Under the pieces are notes generated by a model. The model saw nothing but the letters and a program-made list of their open reading frames with translations. It was not told the DNA's origin and did not search any database. The position numbers were made by a program, and so were the translations under genes. Positions 51,004-60,167 of a DNA stretch of 64,000 nucleotides are shown here, in pieces. The stretch is from Acidobacteriota bacterium (GTDB lineage Bacteria > Acidobacteriota > UBA6911): contig OY761556.1 of assembly GCA_963664705.1 (NCBI GenBank), forward strand, positions 4,512,001-4,576,000. The letters run 5' to 3'. Positions within the stretch are counted from its first letter, which is position 1, and each line of letters opens with the position of its first letter.

Positions 51004-51234
51004 TTACTTTGCTATTTCAGTTGCGGTCGGCGTTTTCTCGGCTGCGGCCACTGCAGCCGTTTTCTCTGCACTCACCTCTTCTTCCCAGGTCTTGACCAGG
51101 TCGCTGGAGGCCTTTTTGAATTCGGCAATACCCTTTCCAAGGGACTTGCCAATTTCGGGAAGCTTTTTGGGACCGAAAACAATCAAGGCAATGACAAAGA
51201 TGACAATCATCTCCTGAATACCAAGATTACCCAT
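51004..51234 (-). CDS. tatA: Twin-arginine translocase TatA/E subunit
   Basis: G..E...[25 protein letters not shown]. Confidence 0.95.
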   Translation of the reverse strand: MGNLGIQEMIVIFVIALIVFGPKKLPEIGKSLGKGIAEFKKASSDLVKTWEEEVSAEKTAAVAAAEKTPTATEIAK

Positions 51235-51342
51235 GATTACCTCTCTTTTTCGTATTACTGGTACGGTGGTTCGGAACTGCCCGGATAGAGCTATTCGAGA
51301 GGTGTCCTCCAGAAGGCCCCATGCAGCAGTAAAATGAAACTT

Positions 51343-52062
51343 TCAGATCGCAGAAATGATGGGTGGGCCGCGAGGTATGAGGCGGAAAAGTCGACCCGGA
51401 AGGCTGTCAGCAACCGGACGCTCAGCAAGGATCTCACGCAGGTCCGGGTCGGCAAACAGAGCCGCTGCCTCCGGTTTCTCACAAGCTATCTGGGGAGGAT
51501 TCAGCAGTAATTCTCCATCCAATCCCAGGCGAATATCCTGAACGGTTTCCGACGCGGCGAAGCCGGATTCATCACGGAAGAGGTTTTGATCGGCAGGCTC
51601 GAATTTGCCGTTTCCCCTGCCCAGCCATACGGCTACGGGAGTCGAGCCGATAGGGCTGCGCACAAGAATGTCGCTGATCGCATCGTTATTGACGTCACAG
51701 ACATGGACCGTGACTACATCCACGTGCGTGGGAGGGCGCAGAGTGGTTAGCTCCGAACGAGTGCTGAGTGCGATGACAATCCTGTATCCATTGCCCGCAA
51801 TCCGCGCGGCGATAAAGTCGGGCCGTTGATCGCCGTCAATGTCTTCCGCCACTGCAAGGGTACCGGGCATGAGGCCCGCACCGGCGGCGGCCCGCAGTCG
51901 CAAAAGGTTGGGAGCCTCTGTATCTGTTGCGGATGCTTTCCAGGCGATGGAACAGACAACCAGAAGTGAGAGAACTGCGATTCTCAAAAAAATGGATGTG
52001 CATTTTTTTGAAGTACCTTTGGCAAGGTTAACCAATCGCATTGCTTTTGATACCTGGATCAC
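51343..52062 (-). CDS. Secreted FG-GAP/VCBS-repeat protein ending in RGPP (candidate arrest-peptide leader)
   Basis: Hydrophobic signal ending in ASA; DIDGDQRPD and DVNNDAISD loops; WLG.G.G.F; C-terminus LIPRGPPIISAI. Start uncertain (52062 or 52041). Confidence 0.7.
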   Translation of the reverse strand: MIQVSKAMRLVNLAKGTSKKCTSIFLRIAVLSLLVVCSIAWKASATDTEAPNLLRLRAAAGAGLMPGTLAVAEDIDGDQRPDFIAARIAGNGYRIVIALSTRSELTTLRPPTHVDVVTVHVCDVNNDAISDILVRSPIGSTPVAVWLGRGNGKFEPADQNLFRDESGFAASETVQDIRLGLDGELLLNPPQIACEKPEAAALFADPDLREILAERPVADSLPGRLFRLIPRGPPIISAI

Positions 52063-52207
52063 ACTCAGATGATAGCTGCCCTATCACCGGCAATCAATCA
52101 GGGCCGACAATTCTGTGGGAATTTTAATACATGTGCCCTTGGGGATATTTCATCCGGAGGTCATTGTGTTTCATCCCAGACGCGGATCCCTGTGATATGA
52201 TCCGGAG

Positions 52208-53005
52208 ATGCAAAACATCGTTCTCATTCGTGGATGCGGCGATGTGGGTTCTGCCGTAGCCTGCGTCCTTTTTAGGGCCGGATATGCCGTTTTCATTCAC
52301 GATTCAGCGCAGCCCACCGCCACTCGTCGCGGGATGGCTTTTGCGGATGCGGTTTTTGAAGGGAGCGTTGAAATGGAAGGCATCCAGGGAATCAGAATGG
52401 ATGACCCCGCCATGATCTCCGCTTCGCTGAGAACCAGAGACATCATCCCAGTGACCTCTCAGGATCTGACAAGCCTTCTTGAAAAACTGAAGCCGGATAT
52501 CCTGGTGGATGCCCGCATGAGAAAACACGATCAGCCGGAAACACAGATCGCTCTGGCATCCTTCACCATTGGGCTAGGGCCCAACTTCACTGCAGGAAAG
52601 ACAGTCCACGCTGCTGTAGAAACAGGGTGGAACGAGGAACTCGGAAAGGTAATCTGGCAGGGCACGACTCGTCCGCTGGAAGGCGAGCCGCAAACCATTG
52701 GAGGCCACGCCCGGGACCGTTATGTCTACGCCCCCGTTGGAGGCATTTTCCGAACTGCTCTGCGCATAGGAGACGAGGTCACTGCAGGCCAGGAGATTGC
52801 AAGAATCGGAGACGCCGTCCTCTCCGCTCCGATAGACGGAATGCTGCGCGGCCTGACGCACGATGGTGTGCCGGTTAAGATAAAAACAAAGGTGATCGAG
52901 GTCGATCCGCGAGGCCGCGAGGCTCCGATTACCGGAATTGCAAAGCGTCCCGGAAAAATAGCCGCGGGTGTCCTGGAAGCCCTGAACGAACGACACAGAA
53001 GGTGA
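52208..53005 (+). CDS. YqeB / selenium-dependent molybdenum hydroxylase system protein-like
   Basis: IRG.GD..S.VA..L, RR..AF..AV, VDARMRK, IGLGP.F.AG, G.LRGL, VDPR. Confidence 0.8.
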   Translation: MQNIVLIRGCGDVGSAVACVLFRAGYAVFIHDSAQPTATRRGMAFADAVFEGSVEMEGIQGIRMDDPAMISASLRTRDIIPVTSQDLTSLLEKLKPDILVDARMRKHDQPETQIALASFTIGLGPNFTAGKTVHAAVETGWNEELGKVIWQGTTRPLEGEPQTIGGHARDRYVYAPVGGIFRTALRIGDEVTAGQEIARIGDAVLSAPIDGMLRGLTHDGVPVKIKTKVIEVDPRGREAPITGIAKRPGKIAAGVLEALNERHRR

Positions 53006-53041
53006 TTTCCGCACTTTTCAGAATGAAGGAGAATCGCATCG

Positions 53042-53929
53042 ATGAAGCAACGAGCCGGATTCATTTGCGTCATTGTGTTGGCAGCCAGCGTCATCGCGGT
53101 TGCTATTGCCCAGGATAAAGAAGCATCCAAGCCTGATGGCCCACAAGACTGTATTGCCTGTCATCAGTCGGGAGGCAATTTCGTACGGAATTATCAGATG
53201 TGGCAAAAGTCCGGACACAGCAAAGCGCTAAGCCTGCTCGCCAAAGCACCGCAGGCATCTCCCGACTGCTATAGCTGCCACTCGGATGAAGGGTTCAAGG
53301 CCAAGAGACTCGGCAAGAAAGTGGATGTTGCTCAGAAGGACAGCTTCAACACAATTACTTGTGTGACCTGCCATCATCTCCCTCACGACAGCAAGTATCC
53401 CCGACAACTGGTGGATGATCCGGAAACGCTCTGTACATCCTGCCATACGCAGAGGGCGGTGTTGCAGGGAAAAGGCGGCAAGGGGATGGACGAGTTTCGC
53501 AGTTTTCATTCAGCGGTCGATTGCATCAGCTGCCACATGAGTGAAACGAATCACCTGATGAAGGTTATCCGCCCCGACGACCCCGATGTATCCGACAAAC
53601 GAAATGACACCTGTACAACGTGTCACAAGGACAACAACCGCAAGGCGCGCCTCGCGCAGCTGCAGGGATGGCAGAAATCCTATAAGGAAGGCATGGATCC
53701 TCTCCAGGCAGACCTGACGGCAATAAGCGCGGCACTCAAGACGAACCCGTCTCTTCTTGACGAGGCGGCAAAGGCGAAGCTGAGTGATGTGCGCTTCAAC
53801 CTGTCGATCCTGGTGAGAGACGGCTCTCAGGGTGCCCACAATATTGATTTGACGGCGGAGATTCTGTCGCGGTCAGCCAAGGATTTGAAGGAAATCAAAG
53901 CAGCAGCGGGATTGGACAAAGGCAAATAG
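53042..53929 (+). CDS. Periplasmic hexaheme cytochrome c
   Basis: Signal peptide and six CxxCH motifs (CIACH, CYSCH, CVTCH, CTSCH, CISCH, CTTCH); DGS.G.HN near the C-terminus. Confidence 0.9.
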   Translation: MKQRAGFICVIVLAASVIAVAIAQDKEASKPDGPQDCIACHQSGGNFVRNYQMWQKSGHSKALSLLAKAPQASPDCYSCHSDEGFKAKRLGKKVDVAQKDSFNTITCVTCHHLPHDSKYPRQLVDDPETLCTSCHTQRAVLQGKGGKGMDEFRSFHSAVDCISCHMSETNHLMKVIRPDDPDVSDKRNDTCTTCHKDNNRKARLAQLQGWQKSYKEGMDPLQADLTAISAALKTNPSLLDEAAKAKLSDVRFNLSILVRDGSQGAHNIDLTAEILSRSAKDLKEIKAAAGLDKGK

Positions 53930-53991
53930 TCTCCGTGTAGCGGCTGCAAGGTGCAGATGACCTTGCGGCCGCTACTGCGGAAAAGCCTGGG

Positions 53992-54222
53992 CTATGCCGA
54001 CTTCACCCACGAGGCAATCACAAACAGCAGCACAATAACCACCAGTGCCCAGATCAAGACTCGGACAAGCCAGCGGTCCGCCTGAGCTGCAACCTGCTTG
54101 AAACCTTCTTTTGCGGGTTGGCCCGGAGGTATCGCGCCGGCCCCCTGCAAAATATCCTTCGTACCATCGAGGCATCCCACTCCCGGATCATGATATCGGC
54201 CACAGATAGCGCAAAATGCCAT
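53992..54222 (-). CDS. Small hypothetical membrane protein with N-terminal CxxCxxxH
   Basis: MAFCAICGRYHDPGVGC, one C-terminal TM. Confidence 0.5.
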   Translation of the reverse strand: MAFCAICGRYHDPGVGCLDGTKDILQGAGAIPPGQPAKEGFKQVAAQADRWLVRVLIWALVVIVLLFVIASWVKSA

Positions 54223-54353
54223 AGTCGCCTTTCCCCGCGTACCCATGCAGAAGCAGTTCGAAAGAAATTGTAAAATTCAAAGCCGGCCATCAAGGAATCT
54301 GATACCGTGTATACTACACCTTCGCGGGCTCAACAGGGAGCATACAAAAGGCC

Positions 54354-55610
54354 ATGGATTCGAGGATAAGGGAGATTGATTCCGGCGACGGATACATAGG
54401 ATTTCAGGATGCCTTCAACATGGTTTGTGCCAGCATCCAGCCGCTTGGCAGTGAGGAAATTCCGTTGGAATCGAGCCTGCATCGCGTGGCCGCCGAGGAT
54501 AGTATCGCCTTGGTGGATTGTCCATTGACGGATATATCGCTCAAAGACGGTTTCGCCGTCATTTCAGCGGATATAGCAAGGGCTTCCAGCGAAAAGCCGG
54601 TACTGCTCCAGGTGATCGGGGCTGCATACGCAGGGACCGAATTCACGGGCAATGTGAAACCGGGACAAGCCGTAAAAGTCTGTTCGGGAGCTCCAATTCC
54701 GGCGGGAGCCGATGCCGTCATCGCCTCTGAGTTTTGCGAGGAAATATCCGGGCAAGGGCTGCATGTCTGCGCGGATTCATCCGAAGGCAGGAATATTCTT
54801 CGGTCAGGCGAAGAGGTAGAAAAGGGAAGCGTCATTTTCCACACCGGAGACTACATTTCCCCGGGACTGACAGGGCTTGGAGCCGCGGGAGGAATTACTG
54901 CAGTCCGGATCTGCCGTCGCCCCAAGGTTGCAATCATTGCCATTGGCGATGAAATAGCCGCACCGGGAGCGGCTCTTGCCCGCGGACAGGTATATGCCAG
55001 CAATCTCGTGATGCTGAAGTCCTGGCTCCGCTCATTTGGAATTGAGTGCGAAACCTCCCTCGTACGGGACAATGCGCGCGCCATCAGGACAGAACTCGAG
55101 AGAAAGCGCACCAGCGCCGATGTCATCCTCACAAGCGGAGGCGCATGGGGAAGCGAACGAGATCTCATCGTCGGTATACTCGCCGAACTGGATTGGAATG
55201 AAATTTTTCATCACGTTCGTATGGGACCGGGAAAAGGAGTCTCCTTCGGACTATGGGATCGCAGGCCCATCTTCTGCCTGCCGGGAGGGCCTGCCAGCAA
55301 TGAGATGGCCTTTCTTCAGCTGGCACTGCCGGGAATTTTGCGGATGGCTGGAATCGCCCGGCATCCGCTTCCCTCGGTCCCAGCCGTCCTTGCGGAGGAT
55401 ATCAGAGGCAGAAATATTCGCTGGACGGAATTCAAAGGGGCCATGGTATCGAGAAGCCCTGGCGAAGGCTATGTGGTTGGCGTCTTCAAAGGCCGCAGCC
55501 GGCTTCATTCCATCGCGGGCCTCAACGCACTGCTCTGCATCCCGGAAGGCAAAAACGTTCTGCTGCGCGGGGAGCGCGTCTCCGCCCAGATTCTTACGCC
55601 GCTGCCGTGA
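54354..55610 (+). CDS. moeA: Molybdopterin molybdotransferase MoeA
   Basis: S..DG.A, GAP.P.GADAV, GDE, SN, T.GG...G..D, PGK, LPG.P. Confidence 0.9.
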   Translation: MDSRIREIDSGDGYIGFQDAFNMVCASIQPLGSEEIPLESSLHRVAAEDSIALVDCPLTDISLKDGFAVISADIARASSEKPVLLQVIGAAYAGTEFTGNVKPGQAVKVCSGAPIPAGADAVIASEFCEEISGQGLHVCADSSEGRNILRSGEEVEKGSVIFHTGDYISPGLTGLGAAGGITAVRICRRPKVAIIAIGDEIAAPGAALARGQVYASNLVMLKSWLRSFGIECETSLVRDNARAIRTELERKRTSADVILTSGGAWGSERDLIVGILAELDWNEIFHHVRMGPGKGVSFGLWDRRPIFCLPGGPASNEMAFLQLALPGILRMAGIARHPLPSVPAVLAEDIRGRNIRWTEFKGAMVSRSPGEGYVVGVFKGRSRLHSIAGLNALLCIPEGKNVLLRGERVSAQILTPLP

Positions 55611-55677
55611 GCCGGTCCCCGATTCAAGTGTGCTATCATTCCTCCATTCGACAAAGCGATCCTTCTTGAGGAACCTG

Positions 55678-56610
55678 ATGAAAAATATCCTGTGTTTCTG
55701 TCTTCTGTGGTCCATTTTCCTTTCAGGCTGCGCCAAAACCAAAACCGAACCTCCGGCGAGCCCGATGCAACTGGACAAAGGTGCGGCGGAGCGGGTGAAT
55801 AAGGAAATTGAAAAAGACCGCGCTGAGACGCAGGAATGGCTGAAGAGCAACATCCATTCTTACCTGGCAGCCATAGATCGCGTGAATTTTGGGGAAAAGA
55901 CCACGCTGACAGTTGGACGTGCCGATGATAACGATCTGCAGTTGCGCTCCTCCGATATTATGCCGCACCACCTCCGAATCACCGTGGTGGGAGATCAATT
56001 CAGGGTTGAGTGTGTCGATGGCAAGGCAACATTCAAGGTTAAGGATGAGGCAAAGCATGAGGCGATTCTTCCTCCCTCCTACATTGAAGCAGGTCGCTTT
56101 TCACTTCGGCTTTCACATCAAAACTACCCGGCGCTGATCGCCTTTGATCCACAAAGCCCGGGATTTCGGACATTCAAAGGCATTGCCTATTTCCCAATAG
56201 ACCTGTCCCGCCGTTACGAAGTGCAGTTGCACCGCTATCCAAAGCCGGAGCAGACCATCATCTTGTCTACTCGTGGAAATGAACGGAAAGCCGAACGTGT
56301 GGGCTGGATTGAATTTATGGTGGACAATACTCCCTGCCGGCTGGAGGCAACCCATCTGATCGAACCGGGATCGACTGAAGGTACCGTGGATATCTTCTTC
56401 CGGGACATCACTACCGGAAAGGAAAGCTACCCGGTCGGCCGGTATGTGGATCTGAAAAAACTGGATAACGGGAAATATCTGCTGGATTTCAATATGGCCT
56501 ACAATCCCGCCTGCGCATTTTCCGAATACTACAACTGCCCGATACCGCCAAAAACAAACACATTGAAAGTAGCGATTCGCGCAGGCGAGATGGATAGCCA
56601 TTATCATTAG
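55678..56610 (+). CDS. DUF1684 domain lipoprotein
   Basis: Lipobox LSGC; F.D.T.G.E.Y..GRY, LDFN.AYNP.CA......CP.PP..N. Confidence 0.88.
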   Translation: MKNILCFCLLWSIFLSGCAKTKTEPPASPMQLDKGAAERVNKEIEKDRAETQEWLKSNIHSYLAAIDRVNFGEKTTLTVGRADDNDLQLRSSDIMPHHLRITVVGDQFRVECVDGKATFKVKDEAKHEAILPPSYIEAGRFSLRLSHQNYPALIAFDPQSPGFRTFKGIAYFPIDLSRRYEVQLHRYPKPEQTIILSTRGNERKAERVGWIEFMVDNTPCRLEATHLIEPGSTEGTVDIFFRDITTGKESYPVGRYVDLKKLDNGKYLLDFNMAYNPACAFSEYYNCPIPPKTNTLKVAIRAGEMDSHYH

Positions 56611-56637
56611 TGTGGAAAACGAGTGCTGCCCGCGCTC

Positions 56638-57222
56638 CTAGCCATGAAATGCCGCGGTCGATAGCCGGCGGGCATAGTCACGAACATCCGAAGGCCATGC
56701 GTCTGTGCACCTTTCAAAGCCTTCCGCACTGCCGGCAAATAGCGCTCTTGTTGCTTCTTCAAATCCGGGCAGGTTGCCGGCAAGGGCAGACATAACCCGG
56801 TAGGCAACCTCCTGAGCGCGACGAATCTTGTCCCGTCCCCGATACAGTCGACGCGCCTCTTCCACGAGCCTACGAAGAGCCACGGACGCACCTCCCGGTT
56901 GAGCATTGAGCCAATCCCAATGGCGAGGCAATAGAGAGACTTCCCTTGAAACAACGCCCAGTTTCGGCCGCCCGGGTCCCCGTGGCGGTTCCTCGCTCCG
57001 GACCTCGGCATCAATCGATTCCGATCCCAACCTTTGCAGCACATCTCTGGCCGTTCCACGAAAATCAATCTCAACCAGTTCTCCGGTGAAATCGTCAAAG
57101 ATCAGGACCGTTTCGCTGGCCCCTCCATCCATTGCCTTTTTTACTTTCCTGGCTACGTCGGCAAGATTGCCCGATGCAACGCAGTGTATGCCTTCAAATG
57201 CCGTACAAGTCTTTGCGTTCAT
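56638..57222 (-). CDS. DUF2239 family protein
   Basis: IFDD.TG....D.RG, GRPKLGV..REV.LLPRHW.WL..QPGGAS..LR, GFEEA.RALF. Confidence 0.9.
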   Translation of the reverse strand: MNAKTCTAFEGIHCVASGNLADVARKVKKAMDGGASETVLIFDDFTGELVEIDFRGTARDVLQRLGSESIDAEVRSEEPPRGPGRPKLGVVSREVSLLPRHWDWLNAQPGGASVALRRLVEEARRLYRGRDKIRRAQEVAYRVMSALAGNLPGFEEATRALFAGSAEGFERCTDAWPSDVRDYARRLSTAAFHG

Positions 57223-57241
57223 GCGTCCCCTTTCGCCCTCC

Positions 57242-57288
57242 ATTTTACCCGGGTATTATTATATTGTCAATAATACCCGGGTATTATT
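57242..57288 (-). promoter_or_regulatory. Sigma70 promoter of the DUF2239 gene overlapped by two TACCCGGGTA palindromes
   Basis: Minus strand TTGACA-17 nt-TAAAAT; palindromes at 57246-57255 and 57269-57288. Confidence 0.8.
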
Positions 57289-57491
57289 ATTGCCAGACGG
57301 GCGCGGCCTGTTCTTTTTGTTTACGGGTATTTTTTGCTTGTATCCGCTTCAGCGGGGAATCATATTGGTCCCACAGTTGATTCCTCATTTGTTTTTCATT
57401 GTCTTATCCGGTGGTGGCTTCTGCTCCGATGAGCAGCCCACTCCAGTGCACAACATGCAAGTTTCTATTCGCAGGAACGGGGAGTAATCCA

Positions 57492-57935
57492 ATGGAAACA
57501 ACACAGGCATCGAGGTTCACAAAGTATGTCAGAAAGGGCGTTGTAACAACGCCGACCCCGCACCCGGAGGTAAGCGCTCCGCGTCTCGGGTTAAAGAGCG
57601 GGGGTGATTTTGGCAATCCACAGTTTTCAATGAGCTGGTGGGCCATAACGGAACCATTTGTAATGGTGGAGGATTGCCATAAGCATGACTTCGATCAATT
57701 CATCATCTTCGCGGGGGGTGATATCACCAACATGCCCGATATCGGCGGAGTTGTTGAATTCGGTTTGAGCGAAGATGGGGTGAACATTGAGACGCAGGTG
57801 ATCACGGAAGCGACCATGATATTTATTCCGGCAGGTCTATATCATGGTCCGCTGAATTTTAAACAAATCAATGATCCTAATAAGCCGATCCTATTTCACG
57901 ATCTGTTCTTCTCTCCGGAGTATAAGCGGACATAA
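57492..57935 (+). CDS. Hypothetical cupin-fold protein
   Basis: H.HDFDQ...F.G, IP.G..H.PL.F. Confidence 0.65.
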   Translation: METTQASRFTKYVRKGVVTTPTPHPEVSAPRLGLKSGGDFGNPQFSMSWWAITEPFVMVEDCHKHDFDQFIIFAGGDITNMPDIGGVVEFGLSEDGVNIETQVITEATMIFIPAGLYHGPLNFKQINDPNKPILFHDLFFSPEYKRT

Positions 57936-57941
57936 GGTATG

Positions 57942-57976
57942 CGGAGAACACGGGAACATCCGTGTTCTCCGTTTTT
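57942..57976 (+). terminator. Rho-independent terminator between convergent genes
   Basis: CGGAGAACACGG-GAACAT-CCGTGTTCTCCG followed by TTTTT. Confidence 0.7.
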
Positions 57977-57983
57977 CGGCGGA

Positions 57984-59054
57984 TCAATATTTCTCGAACA
58001 GTTCAACAAAAGCCCCTACATCCGGGTCGCGGACCACGAGGGCACGCGCGCCATCCTTCTTCCGCACGATACCTTCGGCCGGCCATATATTTGCGCCTTC
58101 GGCTTTCAAACGCGCATACAGTGCATCGATTCCCTTCACTTCCAGCCCTATGCTGCTGACGGCAATATCGGAAATACGATAGTCCTCCACATCCGGCCGC
58201 GTCGGTTTCTGATACTCCACCAGCTCAAACCTCATTTCAGCCGCCGGAGCCGCCGCTTCCGGATAATCTCCATTGATCAGGCGAATGAAGAATCCATGTC
58301 CGCCCACAGCCGCGTCATACAAGTCGCCGCCAACCCAGTCCGGCAGCTTGGCCGGGAACTTGGCGCCAAGCAGCCCGCTATAAAACCCCATCGATTTGGC
58401 CGAATTCAGCACGGCCAGCCCGACATGATGGAAGCTTGGCTTATCCGGAGGAGATTTCTGTTCGCCGGCCGCCTGAGGCAATTTGATCCCGATGATCTCA
58501 ATGTTAAATCCGTCGGGATCCATCACGTACGCAATACCACCCGAGGATTGCCCCGGCATGCGAACCAGTTTTGACTCCCATGAGAGCGCCCGCAACAAGC
58601 CCGAGGATTTCATCTGAGCCCAGAGCGCATCGGCATCAGGTACAACCATTCCGAAATGAGCGGACGAAGGGTTCCGGGCCGGGAAATCGGCCCGGCTGTG
58701 CCGGTCGAAGTCTTTGTACTCCCGCAGCAGAAGCATGAACGGCTTTCCAGACGACCCGCTGGGCAGACTTAGCGCAGCAGTACGGCACATCGCGCCCGGA
58801 GTTTTATAGAGCCGGTTGGCAGCATCATCCTTAACCCAAGGTGGATTGGCCTCTCCAACTACGGAAAATCCAAGCGCCTTATAATAATTGATGGATCTTT
58901 CGAGGTTCGCAACACTGACGCTCTGAAATGCGATGCCGACAATCTTCCCCGGCTGCTCCGATTGGGCAAAAGCAATTCCCAGACACGCGCCGCAAAAGGA
59001 AATCAGGGCCGTTGCCGCAAATAGTCCTGCTGGGTTCGATAGAATATTTTTCAT
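57984..59054 (-). CDS. Secreted two-domain VOC/glyoxalase family protein
   Basis: Signal peptide; V..LE.S..YY..LG, DPDG..IE, HH.G..V, DPD.G..VEL. Confidence 0.8.
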   Translation of the reverse strand: MKNILSNPAGLFAATALISFCGACLGIAFAQSEQPGKIVGIAFQSVSVANLERSINYYKALGFSVVGEANPPWVKDDAANRLYKTPGAMCRTAALSLPSGSSGKPFMLLLREYKDFDRHSRADFPARNPSSAHFGMVVPDADALWAQMKSSGLLRALSWESKLVRMPGQSSGGIAYVMDPDGFNIEIIGIKLPQAAGEQKSPPDKPSFHHVGLAVLNSAKSMGFYSGLLGAKFPAKLPDWVGGDLYDAAVGGHGFFIRLINGDYPEAAAPAAEMRFELVEYQKPTRPDVEDYRISDIAVSSIGLEVKGIDALYARLKAEGANIWPAEGIVRKKDGARALVVRDPDVGAFVELFEKY

Positions 59055-59228
59055 CCAAGCCTCCCCCCCGCTGATCCAAAGAGATGATTTGCGCTGGGAC
59101 TAGACTTGCGCAATCACTTCTGTTTATCAACTCAATTCTGGGACAGCCTTGAGCATTCAATTCACTCGGTTTGGGCAAAATTATCCGATCTGCAGACAGA
59201 TTGGAATTTCCGCGAAGTCCTCGACTGC

Positions 59229-59696
59229 CTACCTCTGCGCAAACAAAGCCGCAAGATTGTGAAGAGTCTTCTCAACAGCCGGAGAAAGAGGAGCCATTTC
59301 CGTGTTGTTGCGGATAGAGATGCCGAGGAAATCGACCCGGAGGCCCGGCACTTCCTGTCGCCAGTAAGCGATCAACAGGGAAAGTGGGATGGAATGCGTG
59401 GAGTGGCACATGGAATCCAGTTGATCGGACGGGTACAATGCCCAATCCCCTTCGGGCAGGAATTCATCAAAAACGGCATCTACCAGGAGAACTCTCCCGC
59501 CGGCGGATTCCCGGACCCAGCTCATAGCATTCTCGACGGCAACGCCAACGGCATGGGCCTGGAAGCCGTCGCCATTGAGTGGCTCAAGAGCCGCCGCCAA
59601 CAGGTGCCCGATGGCATCATCGCCTCGCAACGGATTTCCCATGCCGAGCACCAATAAGGGACGCGTTTGAACGATTGCGGAGAGGTCTTGTTGCAT
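59229..59696 (-). CDS. Hydrogenase maturation protease (HycI-like)
   Basis: VLG.GN.LRGDD..G, ..VDA, STH..PL. Confidence 0.9.
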   Translation of the reverse strand: MQQDLSAIVQTRPLLVLGMGNPLRGDDAIGHLLAAALEPLNGDGFQAHAVGVAVENAMSWVRESAGGRVLLVDAVFDEFLPEGDWALYPSDQLDSMCHSTHSIPLSLLIAYWRQEVPGLRVDFLGISIRNNTEMAPLSPAVEKTLHNLAALFAQR

Positions 59697-59712
59697 CTTG
59701 AGGAGAGAGATT

Positions 59713-59767
59713 GGGGTCTTTGAGCTTTCGAGGCCGGTTACAAGGGACCTCGAAGACTCAAAGACCC
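59713..59767. other. Long intra-operon hairpin between the Fe-S subunit and the protease gene
   Basis: GGGTCTTTGAG..TTCGAGG / CCTCGAA..CTCAAAGACCC. Confidence 0.6.
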
Positions 59768-59774
59768 GGAGGTT

Positions 59775-60167
59775 TTATTCGGAAACCAGCCGAAGAGCAT
59801 CGCGTGTGAAATTCGCGACTTCGAATTCCTCGTCGAGGTAGATGGCATCCTTGGGACATACCTCGGCACAGCGTGCACAATGAATACAGCGATCCAGATA
59901 GAGAATCATCTGGAACTTTTTCACAGGCTTCTTTCCTTCTTCCGGAGGGGGGTCGGAAGGACTTGGCGGTTTCAGGACAATTTCGATCGCTTCCGAGGTA
60001 CAGTCACGCACGCAGGCCTTGCAGCCAAGGCAGATACCCGGCCTCAGTTGCGGGGTACCGCGGAATCCCTTCGGGACTTTGATCTTTGAGAAAGGATAGT
60101 CGCGTGTCGCCGGTGTATGGCCCAAGTTGCCTAGAAGCTCCGGAATAAATACGCCTGTCCTGGACAT
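59775..60167 (-). CDS. Group 4 hydrogenase 2[4Fe-4S] subunit (NuoI/EchF/MbhN-like)
   Basis: T..YP, FRG, CLGCKACVRDC, CIHCARCAEVCP. Confidence 0.9.
   Translation of the reverse strand: MSRTGVFIPELLGNLGHTPATRDYPFSKIKVPKGFRGTPQLRPGICLGCKACVRDCTSEAIEIVLKPPSPSDPPPEEGKKPVKKFQMILYLDRCIHCARCAEVCPKDAIYLDEEFEVANFTRDALRLVSE

Noticed and set aside
55036-55677. N-terminal extension making DUF1684 a 524-aa protein
   Set aside because: It overlaps moeA in another frame; the lipoprotein signal starts at ATG 55678.
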